Counted from the stretch's first letter, positions 47,724 through 60,059 are shown. The stretch: DNA of 64,000 bases from Chloroflexota bacterium (GCA_014360825.1 JACIWT010000002.1:14782-78781), one strand, 5' to 3'. Numbers and translations are program-made. The notes: generated by a model from the sequence alone, not told the origin.

Positions 47724-48471
47724 AAGCCTCAGCCACTATTTTGGTGGACTGAAGGCAGTCTCAAATTTCAACCTCAACTTGGAGCCTGGGGAACTGGTGG
47801 GTATCATCGGCCCCAACGGGGCGGGTAAAACCACGGTTTTTAACCTGATTACCGGCGTCTACCGACCTACTGAAGGACAGATATTTTTCAACGGGCACAA
47901 TTTGGTGGGGCTACAACCCCACGAGATTATCAACAAGGGCATTGCCCGCACCTTCCAAACCATCCGCTTATTCAAAGACCTGAGCGTTCTGGATAACGTG
48001 CGCATCGCCTGTTACTCCAAGGTTCAGTATACCCCTTGGGCCTCCTTCCTCCGCACCAGGGACTTTCGCGCAGAGGAACAGAGAATCCGAGAGGAATCAC
48101 TGCGTCTTTTGGATATCTTCAATCTGAGCGGTTATGCTCATGCCCAGGCCAAGAACCTGCCTTATGGGGAGCAGCGGCGCTTGGAGATCGCTCGGGCTCT
48201 GGCGACCAAACCCAGACTCCTGCTGTTAGACGAACCAGCCGCAGGGATGAACCCAGGGGAAATCAAGCGTTTGATGGAACTCATACAGTGGATTCGCCGT
48301 GAGTTTGATCTAACCATTATCCTGATCGAACATCAGATGCGGGTGGTCATGGGCATTTGTGAACGCATTCAAGTGCTGGACTTTGGCGAGACCATTGCTG
48401 AAGGCAAGCCCAAAGAAATCCAAAACCATCCCCGTGTGCTGGAAGCCTATCTCGGAAAGGGGGTGGCATGA
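47704..48471 (+). CDS. livG: ABC transporter ATP-binding protein LivG-like
   Basis: GPNGAGKTT Walker A, LSGGEQ-like signature, Walker B LLLLDEPAAG. Confidence 0.85.
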   Translation: MPLLQVKSLSHYFGGLKAVSNFNLNLEPGELVGIIGPNGAGKTTVFNLITGVYRPTEGQIFFNGHNLVGLQPHEIINKGIARTFQTIRLFKDLSVLDNVRIACYSKVQYTPWASFLRTRDFRAEEQRIREESLRLLDIFNLSGYAHAQAKNLPYGEQRRLEIARALATKPRLLLLDEPAAGMNPGEIKRLMELIQWIRREFDLTIILIEHQMRVVMGICERIQVLDFGETIAEGKPKEIQNHPRVLEAYLGKGVA

Positions 48472-49193
48472 TGACCTTAGATGCGCCCTTGCTGGCGGTC
48501 CAGGATCTGGTCGTCTCCTATGGGAATATCAGGGCCCTGCGTGGTATCTCTTTCGAAGTGCATGAGGGGGAGATTGTGACCCTCATCGGGGCCAACGGTG
48601 CGGGCAAATCCACTACTTTGCGGGCCATCTCGGGGCTCGTTCCTATCGAGAGCGGCAGTATTACGTTTAACGGCAAAGACTTGCGAGCCTATCCCCCTCA
48701 CCGTATCGTCGAGTTGGGCATCTCCCACGCGCCGGAGGGCCGAGGCATTTTCGGCAACTTGACGGTGATGGAGAACCTCAAACTGGCCACTTATGCCCGC
48801 AAAGACAAGGATGAGATCAACAAAGACTACCGGCGCGTCTTCGACCTCTTCCCGCGATTGGAGGAGCGCAAGAACCAGATCGCAGGGACGCTCTCCGGCG
48901 GCGAGCAACAAATGCTCGCCATGGGCCGTGCTCTCATGACCCGTGGTCGTTTGATGCTCTTGGACGAGCCTTCCATGGGCCTGGCTCCCATCTTGGTGCA
49001 GGAAATCTTCCGCATTTTGCGGGAGATCAACCAGTCAGGCACGACCATCTTGTTGGTCGAGCAAAACGCACACATGGCTTTACAGGTAGCCACCCGTGGC
49101 TACGTCTTGGAGACGGGCACCATCACGCTTCAGGGCCCGACACAAGAACTGGTGAGCAATCCCAAGGTGAAGGAGGCGTATCTGGGAGGATAA
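48468..49193 (+). CDS. livF: ABC transporter ATP-binding protein LivF-like
   Basis: GANGAGKST Walker A, LSGGEQQML signature, LMLLDEPS Walker B. Confidence 0.85.
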   Translation: MMTLDAPLLAVQDLVVSYGNIRALRGISFEVHEGEIVTLIGANGAGKSTTLRAISGLVPIESGSITFNGKDLRAYPPHRIVELGISHAPEGRGIFGNLTVMENLKLATYARKDKDEINKDYRRVFDLFPRLEERKNQIAGTLSGGEQQMLAMGRALMTRGRLMLLDEPSMGLAPILVQEIFRILREINQSGTTILLVEQNAHMALQVATRGYVLETGTITLQGPTQELVSNPKVKEAYLGG

Positions 49194-49203
49194 CCGGGAG
49201 ATA

Positions 49204-49734
49204 ATGCAGGGTGCAGTGTGGCTGGGCAGTGGGTGGGAAAGATCGGCCTTAACAAAGTGCCTGATTGCAGTCGTTATTTCATTGGTAGTGAGCAACGCTT
49301 GCGTTGTCTCCCGAACACCCGAACTTTCGCTTTCACCCAAACGAATCCACTTGGAGGAGACTACGAGGGAGGAAAGCGTGGACTCCCGGGAGATTTTCCT
49401 TATCTGGGAGGACCTAGCAGGGGCGGGTGTGGAGTTTCAGTTGTCTCTCGTGCGCCCCCTCACTTATCTCCATTTCCGTGTTCCTCAGGCAGCGGACTTC
49501 TGGGTTCAGTGTCGGCAACTCGATGGCGATTTGGAGTTATCCCTTGGCTATCTCAATGATGAGCAAGAAAAAGACCACAAGATTCGACCCCATTTCTGGA
49601 AAACAGCAAGCCGAGCAGAACTCTTGATTGACGCAACTTGGAAACAAGACGTTTACTATGTGCTGGATGCCAAGGCGGAGATCCTGCCAGAAATGCCTTG
49701 GGTGCTTGTCGTACAAGTCTATGGGAGCCGGTAA
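49204..49734 (+). CDS. hypothetical lipoprotein
   Basis: N-terminal hydrophobic segment with possible lipobox VSNAC; no recognisable domain. Confidence 0.45.
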   Translation: MQGAVWLGSGWERSALTKCLIAVVISLVVSNACVVSRTPELSLSPKRIHLEETTREESVDSREIFLIWEDLAGAGVEFQLSLVRPLTYLHFRVPQAADFWVQCRQLDGDLELSLGYLNDEQEKDHKIRPHFWKTASRAELLIDATWKQDVYYVLDAKAEILPEMPWVLVVQVYGSR

Positions 49735-49763
49735 GCCGGCGGTAATTTCGAAGGAGGAAGGGG

Positions 49764-50933
49764 TTGCACAACGAGATTACTTGGGCGGAAATAGACCTAG
49801 ACGCTATTGCCCACAATGCCCGTCAGTTAAAAAAATACGTGGGTGAGCGGACTGAGTTGATGGCGGTTGTCAAAGCGAATGCGTACGGTCATGGCGCTGT
49901 GCCTGCGGCTCGGGCGGCTTTGGAGGGTGGTGCGTCGCGTTTAGCCGTCGCTCGCGTGGACGAGGGACTCCAATTGCGGTCTGGCGGGATCGCTGCGCCC
50001 ATCCTGGTGATGGGCTATGCCATACCGCCGCAGGCGGGGGACATCGTCCGCCATCGCCTCACCCCAACGGTGAACACACTGGAACTGGCGCAGGCCCTTT
50101 CCGCCGAGGTGGCCCAGCAAAAGGCTGCTCCCCTGCCCGTTCATCTGAAAGTGGATACAGGTCTGGGCCGTTTTGGCCTTTTGCCGGGCGAAGTCCTGGA
50201 TTTCGCGCGGGCGCTCGTGTCTTTGCCCGGCCTTTTCCTAGAAGGCTTCTGGACTCACTTCGCTTGTGCCGATGAGGCGGATAAATCGTACACTTACCAG
50301 CAGTTTGCGTTGTATTGTCAGGTGGCACGGCAGTTGGAGGAAGCAGGCATTGCCATTCCCATTAAGCACGTGGCCAATAGTGCAGCTACACTGAGCCTCC
50401 CCGAGATGCACCTGGATATGGTGCGCTGTGGCATCACTATCTATGGTCTGCGTCCCTCCGAAGAAGTGAAAATGGTGGTCCCCGTACGCCCCGCGATGAC
50501 CATTAAAAGCCATGTGGCGCGGGTGCGCACTCTGCCAGCGGGCTCTGGCATCAGTTACAACCGCACGTATGTAACTGCAAGACCGACACCGGTGGCCTTG
50601 GTGCCCATAGGATATGGCGATGGGTACCGCCGCGGTCTGTCTAACAAAGGTGCGGTACTCATCCACGGCCAGCGCGTCCCAATCATCGGGCGAGTGTGCA
50701 TGGATCAATTTATGGTGGACGTGAGCGCCATCCCGGATGTTCAACAAAATGATGAGGTGGTGGTGCTGGGGCGTCAGGGCGAAGAGGAGATCAACGCCGA
50801 GGAAATCGGTGCACTGGTGGGTACCAACAATTATGAGACAGTAGCTGCTCTCCTGCCAAGGGTCCCGCGAGTGTATCTGCGCGAGGGCCAAGTAGTTGGC
50901 AGGCAAACTATAGTGCAGACATCTTACGGCTGA
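49764..50933 (+). CDS. alr: alanine racemase
   Basis: PLP-binding VVKANAYGHG motif. TTG start after AAGGAGGAAGGGG. Confidence 0.85.
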   Translation: MHNEITWAEIDLDAIAHNARQLKKYVGERTELMAVVKANAYGHGAVPAARAALEGGASRLAVARVDEGLQLRSGGIAAPILVMGYAIPPQAGDIVRHRLTPTVNTLELAQALSAEVAQQKAAPLPVHLKVDTGLGRFGLLPGEVLDFARALVSLPGLFLEGFWTHFACADEADKSYTYQQFALYCQVARQLEEAGIAIPIKHVANSAATLSLPEMHLDMVRCGITIYGLRPSEEVKMVVPVRPAMTIKSHVARVRTLPAGSGISYNRTYVTARPTPVALVPIGYGDGYRRGLSNKGAVLIHGQRVPIIGRVCMDQFMVDVSAIPDVQQNDEVVVLGRQGEEEINAEEIGALVGTNNYETVAALLPRVPRVYLREGQVVGRQTIVQTSYG

Positions 50934-50968
50934 AGCCGAGAGAGACCCTAATATCTCGGCCTAGATGA

Positions 50969-52324
50969 TCATCTCGCTTCCATCGCCAGATAATTCACCA
51001 TCCGCCCGTCGGCGGTGAAAACGCCACAGGGGCAACCCTCTGGCCCCACGTACACGCCGCGTTTCGCCACGGGCAGAAAAACGACGTACTCCCCCTCGCC
51101 CCCGCTGCGCGCGGCCTTGGCCTCTGTCTGCTGCCAGGCAGGGCCTGCCATGCGCAGTGGAACGTATGCGCTGTACGGCACTGCATAATCTACCTGGAGG
51201 AAATGCACGTCCAACGGCATCGAAGCGTTGTAGATGGCGTCTAAGATGCTATTGCTGCAATCCCCGCGGGTGAAACAATCGTTGTAAGGCATCCCGGCCG
51301 GGATCACCAGTTCCGGCGGAGTTACTTTATTGCTGCCGACCAACACGTCCAGATACTCAGCGATGGACTGGTCCGCATCCAGCCAAGCGATTTGCAGTGG
51401 GAAAGCCCCGGAGAAGGTCAGGTCGGCGCCGAGTTGGTTCTGACCGGGCGTCAAGCGCACAGTACCGCCGACGGGACGCGGACGATTGGCCGGTTCGGCG
51501 TGGTAAGGGTCGCCAGGCGATGGTGGGTAGACGATGTAGACATAATTAGCCTCAGGTGGAGCCTCGAAGCGCACCCGGTCGTGCCGCGGACCATAACGCG
51601 CTAGTAACTGATTCATCAGCGGCTGGAATGCGCCCACATTACCTTCCCTGATGTAAGTCTGCCAGCGTTTAGAAACTGAACCCAAATAACGCACGGTTGG
51701 GCGGTCGGATAGGCGGAAGGTAAACACGCCCGTGAGAGTAGGGTAATCGCCTACGAGGTGCAAATCGCTGCCCATATTGGCGGGAATGCGCACGCCATCG
51801 AAGCCGAATTGGAGGGCGAATTCTGTCCGCGGATAGCGCTGCCAAGTATATGGCCCGGCCGTGGGAGGACGCAGATCGGCCGGGGTGATGTAACCGGCCA
51901 GAAGCGAACGCGTGACGTCTTTTCCGTTGGCGTAGATGCGTAGCCAAGATTCAGGTGCGGCGCTGCCTATGTGGTCATAGACCGGCATCTGTCCCAAGCC
52001 ACCAAACTGGGTGATGGGCCGACCGTCAAACCAGGATGGATACGTAACGCGCCCGTAAATGGTGGCTTGGATAGTGAAAGTGTCGCCGTTTGTCGTGCTG
52101 GAATCGAACACCACGATGCCGTTATTTCCATAGGAGATAATGCCACCGCGCAGAATATCGTCGGGCACCTGGCCCACCAGATCGGTGATGTTGAGGGCGC
52201 GGGGTTCGAGCCAGGCAGGTGTCTGGGCCTCCGCTGGGACCGGAAAGCCAGTGGTTAGAACCAGAGGGATTAGAACTGCGAGCCATAGACGGAGTGCATT
52301 GTAATTGGGCATCGGTTTCCTCAA
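50969..52324 (-). CDS. secreted hypothetical protein (signal peptide, no recognisable domain)
   Basis: N-term LRLWLAVLIPLVLTTGFPVPAEA signal; Gly/Pro/aromatic-rich. Confidence 0.55.
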   Translation of the reverse strand: MRKPMPNYNALRLWLAVLIPLVLTTGFPVPAEAQTPAWLEPRALNITDLVGQVPDDILRGGIISYGNNGIVVFDSSTTNGDTFTIQATIYGRVTYPSWFDGRPITQFGGLGQMPVYDHIGSAAPESWLRIYANGKDVTRSLLAGYITPADLRPPTAGPYTWQRYPRTEFALQFGFDGVRIPANMGSDLHLVGDYPTLTGVFTFRLSDRPTVRYLGSVSKRWQTYIREGNVGAFQPLMNQLLARYGPRHDRVRFEAPPEANYVYIVYPPSPGDPYHAEPANRPRPVGGTVRLTPGQNQLGADLTFSGAFPLQIAWLDADQSIAEYLDVLVGSNKVTPPELVIPAGMPYNDCFTRGDCSNSILDAIYNASMPLDVHFLQVDYAVPYSAYVPLRMAGPAWQQTEAKAARSGGEGEYVVFLPVAKRGVYVGPEGCPCGVFTADGRMVNYLAMEAR

Positions 52325-52421
52325 CGAGTTTTAGATTGCGAATTTGAGATTGTGCCTCGTGAGTGAGGCTCTGATCTCCGTGTGTTGCTCCTGGTAGTCC
52401 CTTCAGTCATTTCCATGCGCA

Positions 52422-53456
52422 TTAGCGGTAAAGATTGATAACATCGCGCAACACCGCCGCGCAGGTGGCCCCAGGCCCTTCCTCCTCGATGGTAGATGTG
52501 ATCACGCCCATCGTATCGGTATAATATACCACTCCCATACCCCACTTGCCAAACCCCGCCAGAGGGTGCCGGTGCTCCAGAGCCTGTGGGCTTACGCGAA
52601 GTCTGTAACCACTGTGCTCTCGCTCTGCTGTGGCCACAAGGCGGATGATTCGCCCCTCCTCGGAGGCACGGCGTAGGTCTTCCAGCGAGAGGGCGCGGAT
52701 ACCAGTGACTTCTACGTCGGCCAGCGTGGCTGGAACACCCAGCACTGCATTGGCCACGATCACCAGTTTATTGGCTGCATCCCAGCCATCTATGTCCAGC
52801 GACGGATCCGCCTCCGCAATACCGGCTTTCTGGGCCTCGTGTACTGCCTCATCGAAGCCCAGCCCTTCTTCTAACATCCGGGTCAAGATGTAGGTGGTAG
52901 TGCTGTTGAAACATCCCTCCACGCGCTCTACCGTGGCACCGACTAAATCACGACTACCGATATTGAGCACCGGACAGCCTCCCGCAACGGTGGCGCTGAA
53001 GGCGATGCGTCGCCCATGGTCGGCAGCCATTTTCATCAGGCGCGAGTAGGCGAGTACGAGAGGGCCTTTGTTAGCAGTTACCACGTCCATGTCATGCTTC
53101 AGAGCGGTCTCAATGCAACCCAGGCCCGGCTGTCCATCGCGGAGGTTCACTGGCGAGGCCTCGATGAGCAGGTCGGCTGCGGCCTGGCGCACGAGCTCTA
53201 TTGCTGGGAGGCCAGGATGGCCGCACTCGGGATATGCGGCGATGCCTCGTCTAGTCTTTTTGAGGCTGAGGATGGTCTCGAGATCCAGGCCCTCTGCACG
53301 CCAGGCAGCGCCAGAGGTGTCGGCTGCGCCGACGACGGTGATCTCCAATCCGTAACGGTGGCGCAGCACACTGCCTTTATCTCGCAGGAGTTTGAGAAAC
53401 CCGCGTCCGATGTTGCCTAGACCAATCAGAATGGTGGGTATCTTTTGGGTTTCCAC
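52422..53456 (-). CDS. hom: homoserine dehydrogenase
   Basis: IGLGNIGRG NAD(P)-binding motif and VTANKGPL. GTG start 6 nt downstream of TTGCCT-17-TATAAT, consistent with a leaderless transcript (the track ORF extends 29 codons further upstream). Confidence 0.75.
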   Translation of the reverse strand: METQKIPTILIGLGNIGRGFLKLLRDKGSVLRHRYGLEITVVGAADTSGAAWRAEGLDLETILSLKKTRRGIAAYPECGHPGLPAIELVRQAAADLLIEASPVNLRDGQPGLGCIETALKHDMDVVTANKGPLVLAYSRLMKMAADHGRRIAFSATVAGGCPVLNIGSRDLVGATVERVEGCFNSTTTYILTRMLEEGLGFDEAVHEAQKAGIAEADPSLDIDGWDAANKLVIVANAVLGVPATLADVEVTGIRALSLEDLRRASEEGRIIRLVATAEREHSGYRLRVSPQALEHRHPLAGFGKWGMGVVYYTDTMGVITSTIEEEGPGATCAAVLRDVINLYR

Positions 53457-53614
53457 AAAGATATTATACCGTAAAATCCTCGGAAAGGCAAAATCGGCCA
53501 ATCCCTTTCTCTTCGTGCTCCACCTCCAACTTGACGCCCCCAATGCTCACGAAGTATATTCATGCCGACCGTGATTCATCCCTAATCTCACACCGAATAG
53601 ATGGAGACTGCCCT

Positions 53615-56485
53615 ATGCCCTGCACCTGGATCCTTCTTTCCCACACCCACTGGGACCGCGAGTGGTACGAACCCTTTCAAGTTTATCGTCTGTGGCTCGT
53701 GCGGATGATGGACACGCTCCTCGATCTCCTTGAAAGCGATGCTCGTTTCGTTCATTTCACCCTCGACGGCCAGACGATTATCCTCCGCGATTATCTGGAG
53801 ATCCGTCCTGAACAGGAGGCTGCCTTGCAGCGGCTCATCCGCCAGGGACGGCTCCTCATCGGTCCCTGGTACACTCTCCCCGACTTCAACCTGGTCAGCG
53901 GAGAATCCATTATTCGCAACCTCCTGTTGGGCGACCGCATCTGCCACGATTTCGGAGCCAAAATGAACGTGGGCTACATCCCCGATCCCTTTGGGCAGAT
54001 CAGCCAAATGCCGCAGATCCTTCGCGGCTTCGGCATAGACACTGCCATCTTCCGCCGCGGCTTGGACGATCACCCGCTCGAACTGGTCTGGGAAAGCCCC
54101 GATGGCAGCGCCGTGCTGGTCTCTTACTTGCGCGATGGCTATGACAACGCCGCCAACCTGCCGGTTCGCAGCGCTGAGGAATTCCTGCATGCGATCCGTC
54201 GCGCTGCCAAGAGCCTGGCCCCGTACTCAGCCACCGGGGTTCTCCTCCTGATGAATGGCTCCGACCACCTCTGGCCCCAGCCCGAGATACCCAATCGCCT
54301 GGTCGAGGTCCGTCGCTCTCTGGGCGAGGCGGAACTTATCCATGGCACACTGCCCCAGTACATCGAGATGGTGAAAGAGCGGCTGGGTTGGTCCGAGGGA
54401 GAGAAGGATCTGCACAGCCTGGCATTGCCGCGTATCAGCGGTGAGTTGCGCTCGCCCAAGAGACATCATCTACTGCCAGGCGTGCTCTCCACGCGGATGT
54501 GGATCAAACAGCGCAACGTGGAGTGTCAGACGCTTCTGGAGAAGTGGGTGGAGCCGACCATTGCCTTCGCGCGTTGGGTGACAGGTGAGGACCGTGGCGA
54601 TGCATCTCTGGCCTGGCAGGCATGGACCTATCTGCTCCAGAATCAGGCCCACGACTCGGTATGCGGGTGTGGCGTGGACGCCGCCCACGCCGATATGGTG
54701 GGCCGTTATGACTGGGTCGAGCAGATCGGCGGGCGGCTGGTGGCGGAAAACCTAGTCCGCCTCGCCTCGGCGATAGACACGATGGTTCTTCTCACGGACG
54801 ACGAGCAAGAGACCGGCAGGCCCGCTCGCGCCCTCGTGGTCTTGAATCCCCTCTCCCATCACCGCACCGACGTCGTCACCACGGAAGTGCAAGTGCCCGG
54901 CAGTTTAAGTCGCTTCGTGCTGCGTGATGCCCAGGGGAACGCAGTACCCTATCAAGTCTTGGGTGTGCGGGATGGTGACCTTATGTCCCTTGATCTGGAT
55001 GCGGATACTCTGCGCGGGGCACTGGCAATGGTGCGAGGGGGCCAGGTGATGGGCCTCGCTGTGCAAGAAGTACGTGCCATCCGCGAGGGCGATCAGGTGA
55101 AAGTGGATATCAGCTTGGCGGCGAATATGGAACCCGATATGGCGGAAGTGGAGGCCGGGATAGCGACTATACAAGCCCTGCTGTCGGAGGAGCAGGTGTG
55201 TCTTTACCATGTTCAAGCCCATCTGGCGACGACCGTGGCTTTCTGCTTTGTCGCCCATGACGTGCCACCTCACGGTTACGCTACCTACGCGCTGGTGCCT
55301 GGTGAACCGGCGGACAAGCCCGTTCCCGCCGATTGCAGTCAAAGTGCGATCGAGAACGAATTTTACCTATTGCGGGCGGAACCCGATGGTACTTTTACTC
55401 TGGTGGACAAGAACACGCTGGAAGAATACCCATCTCTGAACCGTTTTGTGGATGGCGGTGACCGCGGTGACGAGTATAACTACTGTGCCCCTCCGTCAGA
55501 CACCGTTGTGGACGCACCCGTCGCGCCGCCGATCATCGAGGTGTTGGAATGCGGCCCAGTCCGCTGGCGGATACAGATGAAGATGGCGTACCGCCTGCCA
55601 GCGCGGCTTGCGGAAGGGCGTGAGCGGCGGTCTGATGAAATGGTAGAGATACCCATTGTTACCATTGCGACGCTCTACTCCGGCGTACCGCGGGTGGACT
55701 TCGAGGCGCGGGTGACGAACTGCGCCGAGGACCATCGACTGCGGGTTCATTTTCCCACTGGGCTCATAGCGGAGACCTCCTGGGCAGAGAGCACGTTCGA
55801 TGTGGTGAGCCGGGGCCTGACCTTGCCTGCCCACACCGAGAACTGGATGGAGCAACCCGTGCCCACCCATCCTCAGCAGAACTTTGTGGACGTGACCGAT
55901 GGCCTTCAGGGCTTCGCTCTCCTCAATCGCGGGCTGCCGGAGTACGAGGCGATACGCAACCCCGATGGGACGGTGACCTTGGCCCTAACCCTCCTGCGCT
56001 GCGTAGGCTGGCTTTCCCGCGATGATATGGCTTGTCGGGTGGGACATGCCGGCCCGGCGCTGGAAACCCCCGGTGCCCAGTGCCTTGGTGAACACGTTTT
56101 CCACTATGCGGTTGCTTTGCACCCCGGAGATTGGTCAGCCGTATTGCCCCAGGCTCACGCCTTCAACGCGCCTCTCCGTGCCATCGGCTCCGATATCCAC
56201 GACGGTGACCTGCCGCCCAGCCTGCCTCTCGTGGAAGTGACCCCAGAATCCGTCATCGTAACCGCCATCAAACTGCCGGAGCAGGGGGATGGCCTGATCG
56301 TGCGGCTGCATAACGCCGCAGCGCAGCCAATGGAGGCGACATTACGCCTCTGGCGAGTGCCGCGTGCAGCGGCAATGGTGAGCCTGAGCGAAGAGCACGT
56401 GGCCGACTTGACTGTGGGCTGGCGGGGCGACATCCATGTGCCGCTGTGTCCCCGTGGCTTGGCGACGGTGCGCGTCAGGTTTTAA
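53615..56485 (+). CDS. glycoside hydrolase family 38 (alpha-mannosidase / mannosylglycerate hydrolase-like)
   Basis: N-terminal HTHWDREW metal-binding motif and GH38 central/C-terminal beta domains. ATG after GGAGA (the track ORF extends 28 codons further upstream). Confidence 0.85.
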   Translation: MPCTWILLSHTHWDREWYEPFQVYRLWLVRMMDTLLDLLESDARFVHFTLDGQTIILRDYLEIRPEQEAALQRLIRQGRLLIGPWYTLPDFNLVSGESIIRNLLLGDRICHDFGAKMNVGYIPDPFGQISQMPQILRGFGIDTAIFRRGLDDHPLELVWESPDGSAVLVSYLRDGYDNAANLPVRSAEEFLHAIRRAAKSLAPYSATGVLLLMNGSDHLWPQPEIPNRLVEVRRSLGEAELIHGTLPQYIEMVKERLGWSEGEKDLHSLALPRISGELRSPKRHHLLPGVLSTRMWIKQRNVECQTLLEKWVEPTIAFARWVTGEDRGDASLAWQAWTYLLQNQAHDSVCGCGVDAAHADMVGRYDWVEQIGGRLVAENLVRLASAIDTMVLLTDDEQETGRPARALVVLNPLSHHRTDVVTTEVQVPGSLSRFVLRDAQGNAVPYQVLGVRDGDLMSLDLDADTLRGALAMVRGGQVMGLAVQEVRAIREGDQVKVDISLAANMEPDMAEVEAGIATIQALLSEEQVCLYHVQAHLATTVAFCFVAHDVPPHGYATYALVPGEPADKPVPADCSQSAIENEFYLLRAEPDGTFTLVDKNTLEEYPSLNRFVDGGDRGDEYNYCAPPSDTVVDAPVAPPIIEVLECGPVRWRIQMKMAYRLPARLAEGRERRSDEMVEIPIVTIATLYSGVPRVDFEARVTNCAEDHRLRVHFPTGLIAETSWAESTFDVVSRGLTLPAHTENWMEQPVPTHPQQNFVDVTDGLQGFALLNRGLPEYEAIRNPDGTVTLALTLLRCVGWLSRDDMACRVGHAGPALETPGAQCLGEHVFHYAVALHPGDWSAVLPQAHAFNAPLRAIGSDIHDGDLPPSLPLVEVTPESVIVTAIKLPEQGDGLIVRLHNAAAQPMEATLRLWRVPRAAAMVSLSEEHVADLTVGWRGDIHVPLCPRGLATVRVRF

Positions 56486-56551
56486 GGGTAGCAAACGAGC
56501 GGTGGAGTAGGGCGCTGTAAGGGTTGATCTCGCCAAGTCAATCCTTTGGTC

Positions 56552-58497
<1,946 letters not shown>

Positions 58498-58565
58498 TCA
58501 CACGGGGCAATGGCTTTTTGGAGATGTGTGTAAGGATGAGGGCAGCGATTTGCCCCCCATCCTGG

Positions 58566-58844
58566 CTATCTCGGCGTTGGTGTGGGATGGGAAGGGGAGG
58601 GGAGCGGAGGAGGTGCGGGGGCAATCTCCAGGGTTGGGGTGGAGGTGGGGACAGGTAGCGTCGGCGGCAATGAGGGTTTGGCGGTTGGGCTGGCGGGCAC
58701 CATAGTTGGGGAGACTGTGGGACGCGGCTGTCTTTGGCGCGGCTGATAGATCATGAACAAACCGCTGCATATCATGCTCAGCACAACGATGGCGCTGATC
58801 ACCCAAAAGATGATTTGGCTTGTGTTCCCTTTCCGACGAGCCAC
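58566..58844 (-). CDS. small membrane-anchored Pro/Thr/Ser-rich hypothetical protein
   Basis: One TM helix (IIFWVISAIVVLSMICSGLFMI) followed by a low-complexity P/T/S-rich tail. Confidence 0.4.
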   Translation of the reverse strand: MARRKGNTSQIIFWVISAIVVLSMICSGLFMIYQPRQRQPRPTVSPTMVPASPTAKPSLPPTLPVPTSTPTLEIAPAPPPLPSPSHPTPTPR

Positions 58845-58937
58845 AACTACCTCCTTATCCTGAGAGTGGTGACTTCATATCGTTCGTTTGCTAAGGCGTA
58901 GGAGAGCATTTACAGTTTTCGCTCGCAGGGGCGTTCC

Positions 58938-60059
58938 CTACAGACGCCCCCGACAGTAATCCAGGCCCTGTAGCGCGGGCTGCGAATTGGGATCCAATTC
59001 CAACGCCGCCTCGAACCACGGGATCGCCTTCTCACACTGATCCGTGTAGGCATAGGAGAGCCCCAATTCGTAATAGTACTCGATGGAGATCGCACCCAAG
59101 GAAATGGCTTTTTCGAATTGCGGGATGGCCTCTTCATAGCGGCGACGCACGTAATGACACCAGCCCAGGTGACCATAGGCGTGCCCGTAGTCCGGCGCAA
59201 CTTGGATGGCCCGCTCGAATTGCGCGGCGGCCATGTCGTAATCGCCCTGGTCGAAGTACACCAACCCTAAACTATCCAGCGGAATGGGGTCGCGAGGGTC
59301 CACCTCGCTGGCTTTCCTGAACTGCTCGCTGGCCATCTCGTAATCCCCCAAGATCCGCCAGTTGCGCCCCAGGCTCACGTATAGGAAACTGAGATTGGGT
59401 TGCAGGGCAACGGCCCGCTCGTACTCGTCAATCGCTTGGTTGTATTTCCCCTGGCGTTCCAGCACGTAAGCCAGATTGCGTCGCACGTAGAAATCGTTCT
59501 CGTCTAATTGGACGGCGTATTCCGCGGTTTCTTGGGCGCGCTGCCATTCACCCTTGTCGGCATACACCTCAGCCAGGCAGGCGTAACCCAGGGCGTATGT
59601 CCTGTCCAACTCGGTAGCCCGCAGGCAGGCGCGCATGGCTTCATCGTAGCGCCCTGCCCAGTCCAATACGATGCCCAGAATGGCCTGATTCTCCGGATTT
59701 TCGGCATCTATCTCCACCGCTCGCTGTGCCACATTCACTGCTTCGCTGTAGCGCCCACGCAGGGCCAGCAACCGCCCCCAACGGGCGTAGGCGGTGGCAT
59801 TGCTGGGGTCGAGTTCGGCGGCGCGCTGGTATTCGGCCAGCGCCTCGTCCACTTTGCCTTGGCTGAAGTAATCATCACCCATTGCTAAGTGAGCAGCGCT
59901 GCTCAACTCCGTCGGGGTCGGCGTTTGCTGTGGTTTCCCGAGGTTCAGCACGAGATCTGGCTGGAAATGCCAGACGTAGATCCCTGCTGCCAAGGCCACG
60001 ATTGCCATCAGTGCGCCCCAGGGTCGGCGCTGTCTCCGCGGTCCCAAATACATATTCAC
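58938..60059 (-). CDS. tetratricopeptide-repeat (TPR) protein with N-terminal membrane anchor
   Basis: Repeated TPR consensus (W-LG-Y...A...F..A...P) about nine times. Confidence 0.75.
   Translation of the reverse strand: MNMYLGPRRQRRPWGALMAIVALAAGIYVWHFQPDLVLNLGKPQQTPTPTELSSAAHLAMGDDYFSQGKVDEALAEYQRAAELDPSNATAYARWGRLLALRGRYSEAVNVAQRAVEIDAENPENQAILGIVLDWAGRYDEAMRACLRATELDRTYALGYACLAEVYADKGEWQRAQETAEYAVQLDENDFYVRRNLAYVLERQGKYNQAIDEYERAVALQPNLSFLYVSLGRNWRILGDYEMASEQFRKASEVDPRDPIPLDSLGLVYFDQGDYDMAAAQFERAIQVAPDYGHAYGHLGWCHYVRRRYEEAIPQFEKAISLGAISIEYYYELGLSYAYTDQCEKAIPWFEAALELDPNSQPALQGLDYCRGRL

Noticed and set aside
58921-58950. Hairpin GGGGCGT-N9-ACGCCCC at the 3' end of the TPR gene as a terminator
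   Set aside because: It overlaps the TPR stop codon and lacks a U-tract on either strand, so it was not called.
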